Assembly: GCA_918797485.1 (NCBI GenBank)
Contig: CAKKNE010000005.1
Span: 3,596,001-3,660,000 of the forward strand
Direction: 5' to 3'
DNA: 64,000 nucleotides
Origin: Pelagomonas calceolata
Taxonomy: Eukaryota
Shown: one piece after another, positions 48,918 through 60,036 of the stretch
Position numbering within the stretch: position 1 is the stretch's first letter
How the letters are laid out: every line of letters begins with the position of its first letter
Translations under genes and position numbers: made by a program
Notes under the pieces: generated by a model
The model's input: the letters and a program-made list of their open reading frames with translations, nothing else
The model's database searches: none
Told to the model about the DNA's origin: nothing

Positions 48918-51564
48918 TTACACAGCAGCTAGGAACGCCTCGACCTCCGGGCACTCCGTGAGCAACGATCCGCCCCCGTACAGCGCCGTCGCGCTCCCGC
49001 GGAAGAGCCGCTTGTCACTGAGGTCGCGGCACGAGAAGCGCGCGTAGAGCTCGTCGGCCACGCCGCACTTGCGCAGGACGTAGCAGCAGTCCGTCACGTC
49101 GCCACCCGAGAGCCACGTCAGGGGCTCGGGCGGGTCACTCTGTATGATGTAGAACGCGTACCTCAAAACCAACAGCACGGGGAGCGCGATCAATAAGAAA
49201 CGGGCCGCGCCCCGCAATATTGATCGTGGCCGCTCGACGAGGTCGCGCAGCACGGCCGCGCTCAAAACGACGCCGACCACGAACCCCGCGAGGTGGATCG
49301 TCGCCGACACCTGCTCCGCGTACGAGTAGACGACGTCGACGCCGAAGAAAACAGCGAAGATCAGCAACCGCGCCCACCGATTCAAAGCCCCTCGTCGCAT
49401 GTCCGCCCAGTGGAGCAACAAGTGGCCGAAGTGCACGCCCAGCACGCAGTAGACGCCCGCCGAGAAGCCCACGACTCTCTGATAGGGCGCGAAAATCAGA
49501 GATGCGACGGCACCTAGCACGACGCCGGCCTCGAACGCGAGGCCCACGACCGGCCCGTGCGCCATCTCTAACGGCGAGCCCAGCACAAGCAAAATCACCG
49601 AGTTCGCGACGAGGTGGCCCGCGTCGACGTGGACGAACTGGTACGTGAACAGCCGCCTCCAATCAGTCGTCTGCAACCGGCAGTCGTCGGCAAAGGGCGC
49701 CACGGCCTCCAGCGCATCGTCGAGTGAACCCATTACTTCATCACCTCCAGACAAATCCACAAAAAACTTGACCCAGTAGACCAGGAGAGCCGTGAGCGTG
49801 AAGTAGGGCGCGAAGTCCTTCTTTTGATAGGCCACGTCGACCTCCAGGAACTCGCGCTTGACTCCTTTGAGAAGCGTCCCCTCGGGCATGCTCGGCGGTC
49901 TTTCAATCAATGATTCTTCTTCCTTGCGCTCCTCGCCGCCGAATAATTCTTCCACCAACGAATCTTTTGTGTGGAGGTGCGGCCCGCTCACGTAGCGCAC
50001 GACGTAGCTCCCCTCGGTATGGCCTATTACTTCCCCAGTGACGTACGAGCCCGCGGCAAACAAAGGACAGGGCTGCCGCAACTTGACGTAGCGTCTTGAC
50101 TCACCTTTTTCGCGCGGCACGGGGAACTCGACGGTGTAGGGCGCCTCGCCGCTTTCCGGACAGAGGTCGTGCGCTACATGTACCAAAGTACCTTTGGCGA
50201 TGGACCCGTCCAGCTCGGGGTGCTGGTCGTCCCTATATAAGGCGTGGAGCCTTCGCAGACCGCATCTTTCGAGTAGATCCCTTCTCCTATTCTTCGCGGC
50301 GTCCTCGATGCCGTCTCTGATCAGTAAAGCGCCGTCGCACTTTCTTAATACATCATCGAACAAGACATCGAGCGGGCGGACACCGTCGCGATTCCGCATC
50401 GCGGCCGCCACGCTGCCAAACCCGCTCACCAGCGATCTTCGCGAGTGCGCGTCGCCCACGGCCAGGTCGAGGCGCTCGTTGTCCGCGAGCAGCAGGGAGA
50501 AGGTCCGCAGATTGCGATCCGGCAAAGGCCCCTTCGGCTGGATCTCGTGGAGGACGCCCTCGAGCGTGGACCAGCGGACGTGCGCCGTGTCTCCCCGAAT
50601 GGTGATGGTGCCGTCGTCGTCGGACGAGTCACTATCATCGGGTGCACTGGGGGCGCCGCCCCGGCGCGCCTCGAGCCAGCGTTCGTGGTCGGCTTTTGCT
50701 TGAGAATCGACGCCGCGGCGCCGCTGGACCGCCTTGAGGAACGCTTGTCCGGCCCTGGTTTCGGCGTCTTCCGGCGGCGGCGGCTGTATTCCGGCGTCGA
50801 CGTCGCGAGGCCTGCGTGTTTTATTCTTCGACCTCCAGTCGCGCCATCGACGCGACGTCGTCTCCGCGACTGCGTCTGCTCCGGACGCGGCTCTTGCAAA
50901 GGCGCCTCGGACGCCGGGACGCGTACCGGGGCGTCGACGACGCGAAGAAGGCGACCGCGCGCGCCGCGGGCGAGGGCGTCGCGAGGCCGCTCCGGCGCCG
51001 CCGCCGGTTCCTCCGGCGCAGGCGCCGCGCCGTCGCGTCCCAGCGCCACCAGAAGCCGCCCGGCTCGCGGAAGAGCACCAGCGTCGCGGCGGCGTACCTT
51101 CCGTGCAGGCGATCCCACACGAGCGTCCGCAGCGGCAGGCCCGCGTCGAGGCGTCTTCTTAAAGTCGTCGTCGCGGCTCGCAGCCGTTGGCGCACGTCCT
51201 CGGGCGAACCTTTGGATAAAGCGGCGTAGGGCGCGAGGGCCTCCGCGAGGTGCGGCGGTGTGGATGGAGGCGGCCGCGCCTCGGATCGTGGCGGCGCCGG
51301 CGGCGGCCGCACCGCCTCGTAGACCGGCGGCGCCTCCTCGTCGTCGGACGCGACGCTCGAGCCGTTTTCTTTTGCAATCTCGACGAAGAGCTCCTCGTCG
51401 CTCTTGGCCGGCGACGTCCAGTGCGGGCCGTGGTCCGCGTCCATGAGCTCGTTGAATATCGTTTCTTCGAGGTCGGCCCGCAGCGGCGTCTTCACCGGCG
51501 TGCGCAGCGGCGTCTTCACGGCCTCGAGCTTGGCCATGAAGTCCTGCGACGACGGAGCCGCCAT
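48918..51564 (-). CDS. Rhomboid intramembrane protease with long N-terminal region including a PH-like domain; complement join(50927..51564,48918..50811)
   Basis: WRRLFTYQFVH..HLVAN, VGFSAGVY (GxS), HLAG. GT-AG intron 50812-50926 joins two ORFs in frame (..TPR|PRDVD..). Confidence 0.85.
50812..50926 (-). other. Spliceosomal intron (115 nt, GT-AG)
   Basis: GTACGC..AACACGCAG; restores the frame. Confidence 0.8.
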
Positions 51565-51801
51565 CGTGAATGCGCTTGCAAGCAGTACCTTATCAACCGA
51601 ATACCGCGGCGTAAAGAGAGGGTGGCCAGCCGCTCTGACAGCGCCCTCTCCCAACACAAACACACCGGCCTGCAACCAAGCGCTTGGCTGCGAGCGGGTC
51701 TACGCGTGCGTTTGAATTGATATCACAACGTGGTGCAACCAATGGCTTCGTGGGCTGCGCGCACCACATAAATTCCGCCGTGGTCAAATCAAACAATTCT
51801 T

Positions 51802-51825
51802 GCTAGTGTCTTACATTACGCTAGC
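51802..51825 (+). promoter_or_regulatory. Bipartite CTAG promoter-associated motif
   Basis: GCTAGTGTCTTACATTACGCTAGC between divergent starts. Confidence 0.65.
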
Positions 51826-52059
51826 AGCTCACAGCATCGAGCCGGCCAGGCCAATCCTCAGCCCGCGTGCACCCACAAAGCACCGCAAAAGCACGAGCGA
51901 TTGTCAGCCTACCATCATGTGGAGTCATAACACGTGAGCCCGCACAGCCATAGCACAGCTGCACAGCCCCGGTACAGCTGGAGAAACGCCGTCGACGCGC
52001 GTGCAAAGCAAGCATTCATTCTGAAACGTATCGCATCGCTGCCAGCGAGCATCGATCAC

Positions 52060-53064
52060 ATGTCTCTCACCGCACGCCTGCGCGGCGCGGCCTTCGTGCT
52101 CCTCCTCGTCACCACCGCTTTAGTTGGCAGCACGCTCCTGCTGCCGCCGGCCATCCTCCTACCGCTCGGCTTTAAGAAGTTATACGCAAAATATGCATCA
52201 TTCATAGCCTGGTGGTGGTTTTCGTGCGCTGCCGCGGCGATCGAAGTCATGGGAAACGTGAAATACGAGATCGCCGGCGACGTACCTGATGACGAGAAGG
52301 TCCTGGTCATCTGCAACCACCACTGTCGCTTGGACTGGCTGTATCTCTGGCCGTTGGTCATGAGGCATGGCAGGTGCGCCTCGCTACACGTGACGCTCAA
52401 GGATTCATTGAGGAGCGCGCCGTTTTTTGGCTGGGCGATGCAGGCCTTCGGCTTCGCGTTCGTGTCCCGAAAAGACAGAGAAGGGGACCTCGACGTCATT
52501 CAGTCGTCGTTGGCAGGGCGTACACCGCTCTGGGCGCTGCTCTTCCCCGAGGGGACAGATCTGTCCGAGTCGAACGTCGCGAAGTCCCAGAAGCATGGGG
52601 CGACATTAAAGCCGCCCATCAAGTGGTCCCAGGTCCTGGTGCCGCGCGCGGCCGGGTTCGCCGGCGCCGTCGAGGCGATGGGATCTCCGGTGATCTACGA
52701 CTTGACCATCGCGTACGACAACGATGGGCGCCCGGACGAGCCGTCGATGCTCTCTGGTAAATTCCCGCGGCGTGTTATTGTTCGTGTTGACCGCATCACA
52801 AAACCGCCGCGCGACGTGAAGAAGTGGCTTTTTGAAAGATGGGCCCTTAAGGAGGAGCGCCTCGCGGCGGGTTTAACGGGCGAGCCCTCGGCTTCATCAA
52901 ATGCTCTTGTTCACGTTCTGTGCGGCGCTTTTATCGCGGCGCTGGCGTGCTACGCGCTCTGCGTCGACTGGCGCGTCCGCCGCGCCTTCTACGCGACGAG
53001 CGCTCTCTGGGTTGGCGTCGGGAAGGTTGGGGGCCTCGACGTGTTTTTGTTGAGTGGGAGCTAA
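52060..53064 (+). CDS. Lysophospholipid acyltransferase (LCLAT1/LPAAT-like)
   Basis: NHHCRLD (HX4D), FVSR, FPEGTD, LVPR..GF, YDLTIAY. Confidence 0.92.
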   Translation: MSLTARLRGAAFVLLLVTTALVGSTLLLPPAILLPLGFKKLYAKYASFIAWWWFSCAAAAIEVMGNVKYEIAGDVPDDEKVLVICNHHCRLDWLYLWPLVMRHGRCASLHVTLKDSLRSAPFFGWAMQAFGFAFVSRKDREGDLDVIQSSLAGRTPLWALLFPEGTDLSESNVAKSQKHGATLKPPIKWSQVLVPRAAGFAGAVEAMGSPVIYDLTIAYDNDGRPDEPSMLSGKFPRRVIVRVDRITKPPRDVKKWLFERWALKEERLAAGLTGEPSASSNALVHVLCGAFIAALACYALCVDWRVRRAFYATSALWVGVGKVGGLDVFLLSGS

Positions 53065-53080
53065 GTACTAAATAGCCTTC

Positions 53081-53995
53081 TTAGGAGCGAATAAACTCGG
53101 TATTGACTCGCAACCGCCCGATTTCGGTTCTGGGAAAATACCAGTTGAATTCGTCGATGATCAGGCCAGTCGCGTTTTGCCCCGCGTCGCGGGTGATTCG
53201 GACGAGGCACGATGGTTGTCTGCTGAGGGGACTGTAAAAGCCGGGGTTGTAATAACCAGCCGGATAGAAGGCGAGATCTTCGTGGTGATGATCCAGTCCC
53301 CACGGCGACGAATCCTCGGGGCCCCGAAGTAAGTCATTTGGAACGCCTTCTGGTTGGACTGGATCCCCACCTTGACAGAGTTGGAGCCAGAGACTGTGAA
53401 TTTCAGTGCTGCCTTCAGCGTCGAACACGACCGTCGGTTTCCAATGGGCAGGGCTCCTGTATGGAACCGCGACGATGCGGAAGCGAAGCGGCGCACAGTC
53501 CAGGCCGAGCCCCACGCCGAGGGAGTCCGGAATCGCTTCACCGGCCCGCAGTTGTGTGCAATGCTCGCACACGTCCCCGTCGGCCACGTGTAGATGTGAG
53601 GTGCCAGCAGAAATTCGGAACCAGTCCCCATCATCCTGATGTTCGCTAAACTCTTCGGGGAAGGTAGGTGAGAACTTCTCGAAAGACATCCTCCTCGTTG
53701 TCAGCAACTTCCCGCCGCTCCAGACCTGGAGCACAAACCTCGTGTCATTATCATAATCGTGCATTTGCAGGCTCTGGTCAGGATCCCCCGGCCGAAGCTC
53801 CCAGAGCGACCTAGCAAATGAGGGCCAGACCCACGTAACCATTACGTGCTCCGTCAGCGGGTTGCACTTCGCGTGCCGCTCCCACGTCTTCTCGTTGGGT
53901 CTAAATCGGCGGCTGGTCCGGCCTAACATAACAATCTCCTTGGCTCCACAGAAGTCCTCTAGGACGCGCGCGACGTCGTCTGGGAGAGCATTCAT
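53081..53995 (-). CDS. Hypothetical protein with N-terminal F-box-like motif
   Basis: LPDDVARVLEDF..LGRTSRRFR..W; 304-aa ORF. Confidence 0.65.
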   Translation of the reverse strand: MNALPDDVARVLEDFCGAKEIVMLGRTSRRFRPNEKTWERHAKCNPLTEHVMVTWVWPSFARSLWELRPGDPDQSLQMHDYDNDTRFVLQVWSGGKLLTTRRMSFEKFSPTFPEEFSEHQDDGDWFRISAGTSHLHVADGDVCEHCTQLRAGEAIPDSLGVGLGLDCAPLRFRIVAVPYRSPAHWKPTVVFDAEGSTEIHSLWLQLCQGGDPVQPEGVPNDLLRGPEDSSPWGLDHHHEDLAFYPAGYYNPGFYSPLSRQPSCLVRITRDAGQNATGLIIDEFNWYFPRTEIGRLRVNTEFIRS

Positions 53996-54343
53996 GGTCT
54001 GCTTGTCTCAGGAAGGCAGAGATGAGCTTAGATACGAGGCGACAGCGTATGAGGACCGGAGGCGGGCCGGGCGTGGTCACGCGGATCCGCGTCGTCGCCG
54101 CGCTCCGGTTCGCAAAAGCTTAAAAACCCGAGATTTGCTAATTAGGGCGCGGTTTTTTTTCTCTGACTTGTCCGGCCCCCTCCGGCCCCCGGCCGGTGTT
54201 ACGGCGTGGGTCGCGGCAGGCGTCTAGTGCACGGGGTTTTCGATAATTTACGCAGATAGATGTATACTCAGAACCGGTCTTTGCAGAGCAGCCCGAGCCG
54301 GACGCGCCACCGCTCGCCCCGGATCGGTTTCGGCCAGACCTAA

Positions 54344-54796
54344 GACGAGGCGCCGACGCCGGCGCAGAGCCCCGAGCAGACCTACGACGCGCTCGAGACG
54401 AACGAGGCCGCGCAGGACGCGGCGCAGTGGCGCCGCCGCGCCGCGGACTTGGAACGACAGGTCCTGGCGCTACAGCGCGAAAACGCCGCCCTGCGCGTCG
54501 GCGCGCGGCCGCCCTGGGCCTCACCTGATCAGGCTCCGGCGCCCGGCCCCTCCTTTGGGTCCTCTGCCGCCTTGGATGCCAACGAGCAGACGGCCTCAGA
54601 CCTCCTGTTCGCCGACGACGCGATCTTCGACATCGGCGATGAGGACCAGAACGAGAACGCCTGGGCCTGGCCCGACGCGTTCGGCCTCGGGTGCTGTTTG
54701 GCCCCGGAGCCTACGACGCCCGCTACGCCCGGCGTGCGCTTCGTGAGCAAGGGCAAGCGTCAGCGCGTGCCCGAAGAGTCCGACTCCGGACGCTGA
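54344..54796 (+). CDS. Small coiled-coil hypothetical protein; 5' structure unresolved
   Basis: Coding-like frame (LERQVLALQRENAALR), but an in-frame TAA at 54341-54343 and no ATG; needs an upstream exon or is disrupted. Confidence 0.35.
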   Translation, partial: DEAPTPAQSPEQTYDALETNEAAQDAAQWRRRAADLERQVLALQRENAALRVGARPPWASPDQAPAPGPSFGSSAALDANEQTASDLLFADDAIFDIGDEDQNENAWAWPDAFGLGCCLAPEPTTPATPGVRFVSKGKRQRVPEESDSGR

Positions 54797-54944
54797 TCAT
54801 CACCACGCCATTTCCCCGTGGCCCACACGTGCCGCGGTCGGCGCGAACGTATGCGTCCATCTCCATGAAATCCCCAACTCCTACTCCATGTTCCCCATTA
54901 ACAACCATATCAAGGATGTCTCGTGGTGGCGAATTGCTCCATTT

Positions 54945-54968
54945 GCTAGTATCTTACAACACGCTAGT
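54945..54968 (+). promoter_or_regulatory. Bipartite CTAG promoter-associated motif
   Basis: GCTAGTATCTTACAACACGCTAGT ~170 bp upstream of the epimerase ATG. Confidence 0.6.
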
Positions 54969-55137
54969 CGCCGCAGCTCGGCAGCTCCCCAGCGACGCCG
55001 CATCCCTGCCGCTGTGCACGCGTTTTAGGTGTTTAATCTATCAACCAGTTGATAATCTCGAGTCCTGTGCAGCGCTGCCGTTGCAGCTTACGCAGCCGTG
55101 ACAAACACACAAAGCTCTCACAGCTCTCACAAATACT

Positions 55138-56085
55138 ATGCGACCGCAAACATCCGCACTGCTCGCCGCGGCAGCCGCCACAGCCGCATGGCTCCTCTAC
55201 AAGAAAAAGAAGAAACGACGCGTCGTCATCACGGGCTGCTGTGGTAACCTCGGTCGCAAGCTCGGCGCCTACCTCCAGGAACGAGGCGTCGAGGTCGTCG
55301 GAATCGAGCACCCCGACTACTGCGCGAAGGGCTCCGAGCCGCCCTGCGACCGAGTGGTCCAAGGAGACGCCCAGCAGCCCGGCGGCGTGCCGTGGCGCCG
55401 CGTCCTCGCGGGCGCCGACGCCGTCGTCCACTTCAGCGCCGTGAATCCTTACCCTAACGCAGACTGGTCCGAGAGCAGCGGGTCCATGGACCACGCCTTC
55501 AACGTCGCGCTCGCGGCCGCCGACGCGGGCGTGCCCCGTTTCATCTTAGCTTCCTCGAACCATGTCATGGGCGGCTACAAGGACGACCATAAACATGGCG
55601 TGGTAAAGCCGTCGGACGCGCCGCGCGTCGGGACGGCGCTCAACGACCCCGCTGCTGCCCAGCGCGCGGGCGACGCCGTCGCCTACGCCGCGGCGAAGCT
55701 GGCCGCGGAACGGCTGCTGGCGGCGCTCGCGCACGTGCGGCCGCGCACGGTATTCCTCGCCCTCCGGGTCGGCTGGTGCCAGCCGGGTATCAACTCGCCG
55801 CGGACCATCGGGGCCTCGGGCGTGCCGCCCGCCTTCGAAACCGCCGGGGCGGCGGCATCCGTCAAGGACGACTCGCACGACGACGCCTGGTTCCGGGGCA
55901 TGTGGCTCTCGAACGGCGACTTCCTGCGCCTCTTCGGCGCCGCGGCGCTGTCGGACCGTATTCCGGGGTCGGGCTACCACTGCGTCAACGCCATGTCCGC
56001 GAACACTAATGCAAGGTGGTCGCTCGACGAGACGGAGGCGCTCCTCGGCGTGCGGCCCCGCGACGACGCGGCGAGCTATGGCTAG
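55138..56085 (+). CDS. NAD-dependent epimerase/dehydratase (extended SDR, uronate-dehydrogenase-like)
   Basis: VITGCCGNLG, ASSNHVMG, YAAAK, LRVGW, WLSNGD; N-terminal anchor + KKKKKRR. Confidence 0.85.
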   Translation: MRPQTSALLAAAAATAAWLLYKKKKKRRVVITGCCGNLGRKLGAYLQERGVEVVGIEHPDYCAKGSEPPCDRVVQGDAQQPGGVPWRRVLAGADAVVHFSAVNPYPNADWSESSGSMDHAFNVALAAADAGVPRFILASSNHVMGGYKDDHKHGVVKPSDAPRVGTALNDPAAAQRAGDAVAYAAAKLAAERLLAALAHVRPRTVFLALRVGWCQPGINSPRTIGASGVPPAFETAGAAASVKDDSHDDAWFRGMWLSNGDFLRLFGAAALSDRIPGSGYHCVNAMSANTNARWSLDETEALLGVRPRDDAASYG

Positions 56086-56187
56086 CTCACGTTATACGCC
56101 ATCGCCGCGCGTAAGTTAATGTGGTGTTACACGGGGAGCATGTCGCGATGCGTTTCGGGTCGGGGGCGCGGGCGGACGATTTCAACT

Positions 56188-56844
56188 CTAGACGAGGCAG
56201 AACTCGCCGTACTCGTCGCCGTGCTGGCCGCAGAGCGAGCGCTTGGCGGCCTCGACCGTCTTCTTGGCGCGCGCGTTGAAGTGCTTCGTGTGGCCCTTGG
56301 CCTTCTGGAAGAAGACCTTGCCGAGCTCGCAGCTCAGCACACGGAACGTTCGGTAGATGTCCACCGGGCCGCTGCCCGCGTCGAGGAGCGAGGCGATCTG
56401 CTGGAGCCCCAGCTCTTTTTCTTCTTCTGCGGCGACCTCGTAGCAGATTTCTAGGACTTCCGGGTCGACTAGGGCCGGCGCCTCGGTATCTAAGACCTGG
56501 AGCATCTCGTCGAGGTTGTTCTTCGCGCCGGGAGCGGAGAAGTGGATGTCGCGCGGCGCGACGCCCGCGTGCAGCTTGCCGTCGGCCGTCTTGATCTCGT
56601 AGCGGAGGCCTCCTTTCGCCTTGACCTTGTGGCCATCAATCACACCGAGCGTCGTGTGCTTGTTGAGGTCGAACTCGACGACCGTGCCCTTGCTCATGGC
56701 ATTAATCTGGACCGGTTCCGCGTCGGCGTCGCCCGCGTCCTTGTCCTTCTTCTTGAATACAATAGTCCTCGCCGCGGCGGGCGCGGGCGGGGCCAGGAAG
56801 GCGCTGGCGCCGTGGATGGCTAGGAGGGCTAGGAGGCGGTGCAT
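56188..56844 (-). CDS. Plastid-targeted hypothetical protein
   Basis: Bipartite presequence with GASA-FLAP cleavage motif. Confidence 0.75.
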   Translation of the reverse strand: MHRLLALLAIHGASAFLAPPAPAAARTIVFKKKDKDAGDADAEPVQINAMSKGTVVEFDLNKHTTLGVIDGHKVKAKGGLRYEIKTADGKLHAGVAPRDIHFSAPGAKNNLDEMLQVLDTEAPALVDPEVLEICYEVAAEEEKELGLQQIASLLDAGSGPVDIYRTFRVLSCELGKVFFQKAKGHTKHFNARAKKTVEAAKRSLCGQHGDEYGEFCLV

Positions 56845-57086
56845 GTTGCGCTGCCTTGGTCGCTGCGTAGCGAGATAGAGAGTGCGGCGGATAATTTCAG
56901 CCGTCAACGGGTCAATTTAATATGTACAGCAGCAGTGCAGGGCGCTAAAAGTCACGGCTTCCGACCACTGAAGCGCGAGGCGCAGCGAGCCACTTCAATG
57001 ACCGCGTAGCTCCTTTTCTGCGCGCAGACGAGCGCTCCTCGTCGGCCGCAGGCGTGGCTCCTCCCTGCGGAGCGGTCAGCGCGCAC

Positions 57087-57110
57087 GCTAGTGTCTTACA
57101 AGCCGCTAGC
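57087..57110 (+). promoter_or_regulatory. Bipartite CTAG promoter-associated motif
   Basis: GCTAGTGTCTTACAAGCCGCTAGC between divergent starts. Confidence 0.65.
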
Positions 57111-57309
57111 GCGCTCGTGTTTGCACGCGGCAAAAAACGACCGCTGCAGGCTCTCGTACAAGTGCATGCTGGCGCGAGCTGTGCGCAAGTCGACCAGTGC
57201 ACGCAGTAGCAGTGCTGCGCACGAGAAACGCCGATAGCAGCTAGCAACTCACATCTCCTGGAGAGCACCAAGCACTGCAGCTACCGCAGCGGAGCAGCGG
57301 AGAGCCCCC

Positions 57310-59851
57310 ATGCGGCCACACGCATGCATCGCAGCGCTGGCCGTAGCGGTACATGGCTACCTCCCGCCGCTCCCGACGCGCGACCTACGAACAAGACGCC
57401 TCGCCACGGTCCAAGACGAGCCCCAACAAACGAGGAAGGAGTTCACGGTGCCCAAGGCCGCGTCGACGCGGGAGACGGAAGTCCGGGCCGTGACCGCGTT
57501 GAGTCGAGACGGTAATGTGTCCTTGCCGGAAGTGTTTGTGGGGAATGATGGCTCTTCGCGGCAGTTGTATGATAATGGGGTGGTCATGCCCGTGGGCTGG
57601 ACGGGCGCATCTACTAGAAGACGCACGGGCAGTAAGTTCACGGGAACTTTACTAGCATCGACGGAGTTCCCCGTCGGCGACGCCGGAGCCAACCCCCAAA
57701 GGATAGCGCCGTTCTCGCGGAAGACGTGGCTCCAAGGTGTGCGAGATGATATCAGAAAACGATCACCGCTATACGCCCAGGACTGGTTCGACGGGTTGCG
57801 GAACCCGGCGAAGAGCGCCGGAGCCTGTTTATTTCTGTATTTTGCCGTGCTCGCGCCGGCGGTCGCGTTCGGTGGCGTCATGCAGACGGCGACGTGCGGG
57901 GCGCTGGGCCCGCGCGACGTGCTGCTGAGCTGCGGGCTGAGCGGCATGGCATACGCGTATTGGGCGGCGTCCTTTTTTCCTCGACGGCGTCGAGAGGAGT
58001 GACTCGCGATGCACGTCGAGAGAAACACAGAGAGGAGCCGCGCGTCGATGGCGTCGAGGTGGACGTATAAAGCTAGACGAGACGAATCGCCTCGAGATGG
58101 CGCGTGCAGAGAGTGGTTGGACAGACACACACAGACAAAGACACGGAAAAAAAAAACACAGGTGCCTCGCCGGCCAGCCCATGACCTTCGTCGCGCCGAC
58201 AGGACTCACTCTATCTTTCATCGGAGCATTGTCCGCCTGGACTATTAAATCTGGGGTCCCATTCCTACCGATGTACGCGTGGTGCGGCTGCTGGACGGCT
58301 TTATACCTCGCGGTCTTAGCGTCGTTCAACGCTTCTGGATTGATAAGGTACTGCACGCGCTTCACGGAGGACGTCTTCAACGCATTATTAGCCTTCAATT
58401 TTGTCTCAGAAGGGTTTTCTCCGGTGAGGAAAGTCATCGGGAACAGTCTCGCGTCGTCCAAAGGGGCTGCTGATGCTCTACTCGCTGCGAATGCGGCCGG
58501 TGGCACGTGTCTCGCTTGTCGGGCCTTCGCGGGAGCGCCCAAAACACGATTCTTTACCGCAAGAGCTCGCTCTCTACTCGCGGACTTTGGGCCAGCTGCT
58601 ACTATAGTCTTCGCCTCGTCCCTATTCTCGCTACCATCGGTGCGCAAGCTCGGCTCGCTGAAACGATTAACTTTAGGAGCGCCGCGCGAGAAGCTCTTTT
58701 CGTTAGTGGACATGGGCGCCCTATCGTTAAAGTACCGGTTGTTAGCAGCCATACCCGCTGTTTTTTTGGCGACATTGTTCTTCCTCGACCAGAACATTAC
58801 GGTCCGAACGGTCAATTCGCCCCAAAACAAGCTCAAGAAGGGCGCGGCGTATCATTTAGATTTGTTTGCTCTAGCTTCTATTACATTAGCGTCGTCACTG
58901 CTGGGCCTGCCGTGGATGTGCTCGGCGACGGTGCAGTCCCTGAATCACGTGCGGGCCTTGTCGACCTACGCCGACCAGGAGACACAAACGGTGGAGAAGG
59001 TCGATACGCCTCCAAAAGAGCCCTCGAAGCCGGCGCCGCTCGCCGCGCCGGCGGCCCAGAAAAGGCCTTTACCTTCTCCTGACGAGATCATCCGCGCCGC
59101 AAAAACCGAGCCGCCCGCCAAAAAGCCCCTCCCGAAGGCCGGCGACATCATCCTCGCGCGGTCTCTGGTGTCGGTCCAGAAACGCACGACCACCCAACCG
59201 CAGAAAGGGATTAGTTTTGGCGGCTATGCGAACGACTACTTGGAAGTTGTCAATAAAACGTTGTCGGTGAACAGGACGCAGGAAGATAGAGCCGAGGCCG
59301 TCGCGGCGGCCAGTCGTGCTACGGCCGGCGGCGGGGCCGCTCGCGTCGCGCAGGCGAAAGAGTTGGCATCAAAACCGGTCAACGTCGTGACGAAACCTAC
59401 CGTTTCCGGCGACGTCAAGGATGTCGTGGAGACGCGTTTGACTGGTTTCACGGTCCATGCTTTAGTGTTGGCTTCGCTGGGTTTTGCGCCGGTACTAGCA
59501 GAAGTGCCTCTGGCCGTCGTCTGGGGCGTGTTCCTCTTCCTCGGCTTCAAGGTCATGGCGGGCAACCAGTTTTTAGGGAGAGTCGTGTCGCTGTTTATTG
59601 ATCCAAGAATGCTCAACCCGACGAGTGAGGCGGAACGGGCCGTCGTCGAGTTAGGACGGAAGCGGGTCCTGCGGTACACGGCGGTCCAGGCGTCCTGCTT
59701 AGCCGCTCTATGGTTGTTGAAACTCAATAAAGCGACGGCCATGGTCTTCCCGTCCGTGATTGGGGTCTTGCTCGTGCTGCGCGCGTCTCTATTGCCCCGG
59801 GTGTTTTCACCTAGAGAGCTGCTGACGCTGGACACGGAGATAGATCGGTAA
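57310..59851 (+). CDS. SLC4: SLC4-family bicarbonate/anion transporter; join(57310..57956,58162..59851)
   Basis: LYAQDWFDG..FLYFAVLAPAVAFG, GQPM..TG, TRFTED, FFLDQNIT, LKKGAAYHLD, ATVQSLNH, VVETRLTG; GT-AG intron restores the frame. Confidence 0.93.
57957..58161 (+). other. Spliceosomal intron (205 nt, GT-AG)
   Basis: GTATTG..AAACACAG; gives in-frame ..MAYA|CLAGQP. Confidence 0.85.
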
Positions 59852-60036
59852 TTCATCCATAGTTCTTAGTAGTATCGCGTCGTCGCGGCGAATGCGGATG
59901 CGGATGCTCTGGATCTTGCTCTGCCTTTCCAGTGTTTCATGGGATTTCCCCACGGCCTAACTAACGCCCGACGTCTTGCACAATCGACGCGAAAGCAACG
60001 CCTATTACGATACCAACGCGCGTAGTGAGTTTCATC

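Noticed and set aside
1..53995. Apparent clustering of ubiquitin-system genes (F-box, RING, OTU, PUB, DCN1)
   Set aside because: These families are abundant in eukaryotic genomes and are interspersed with unrelated genes
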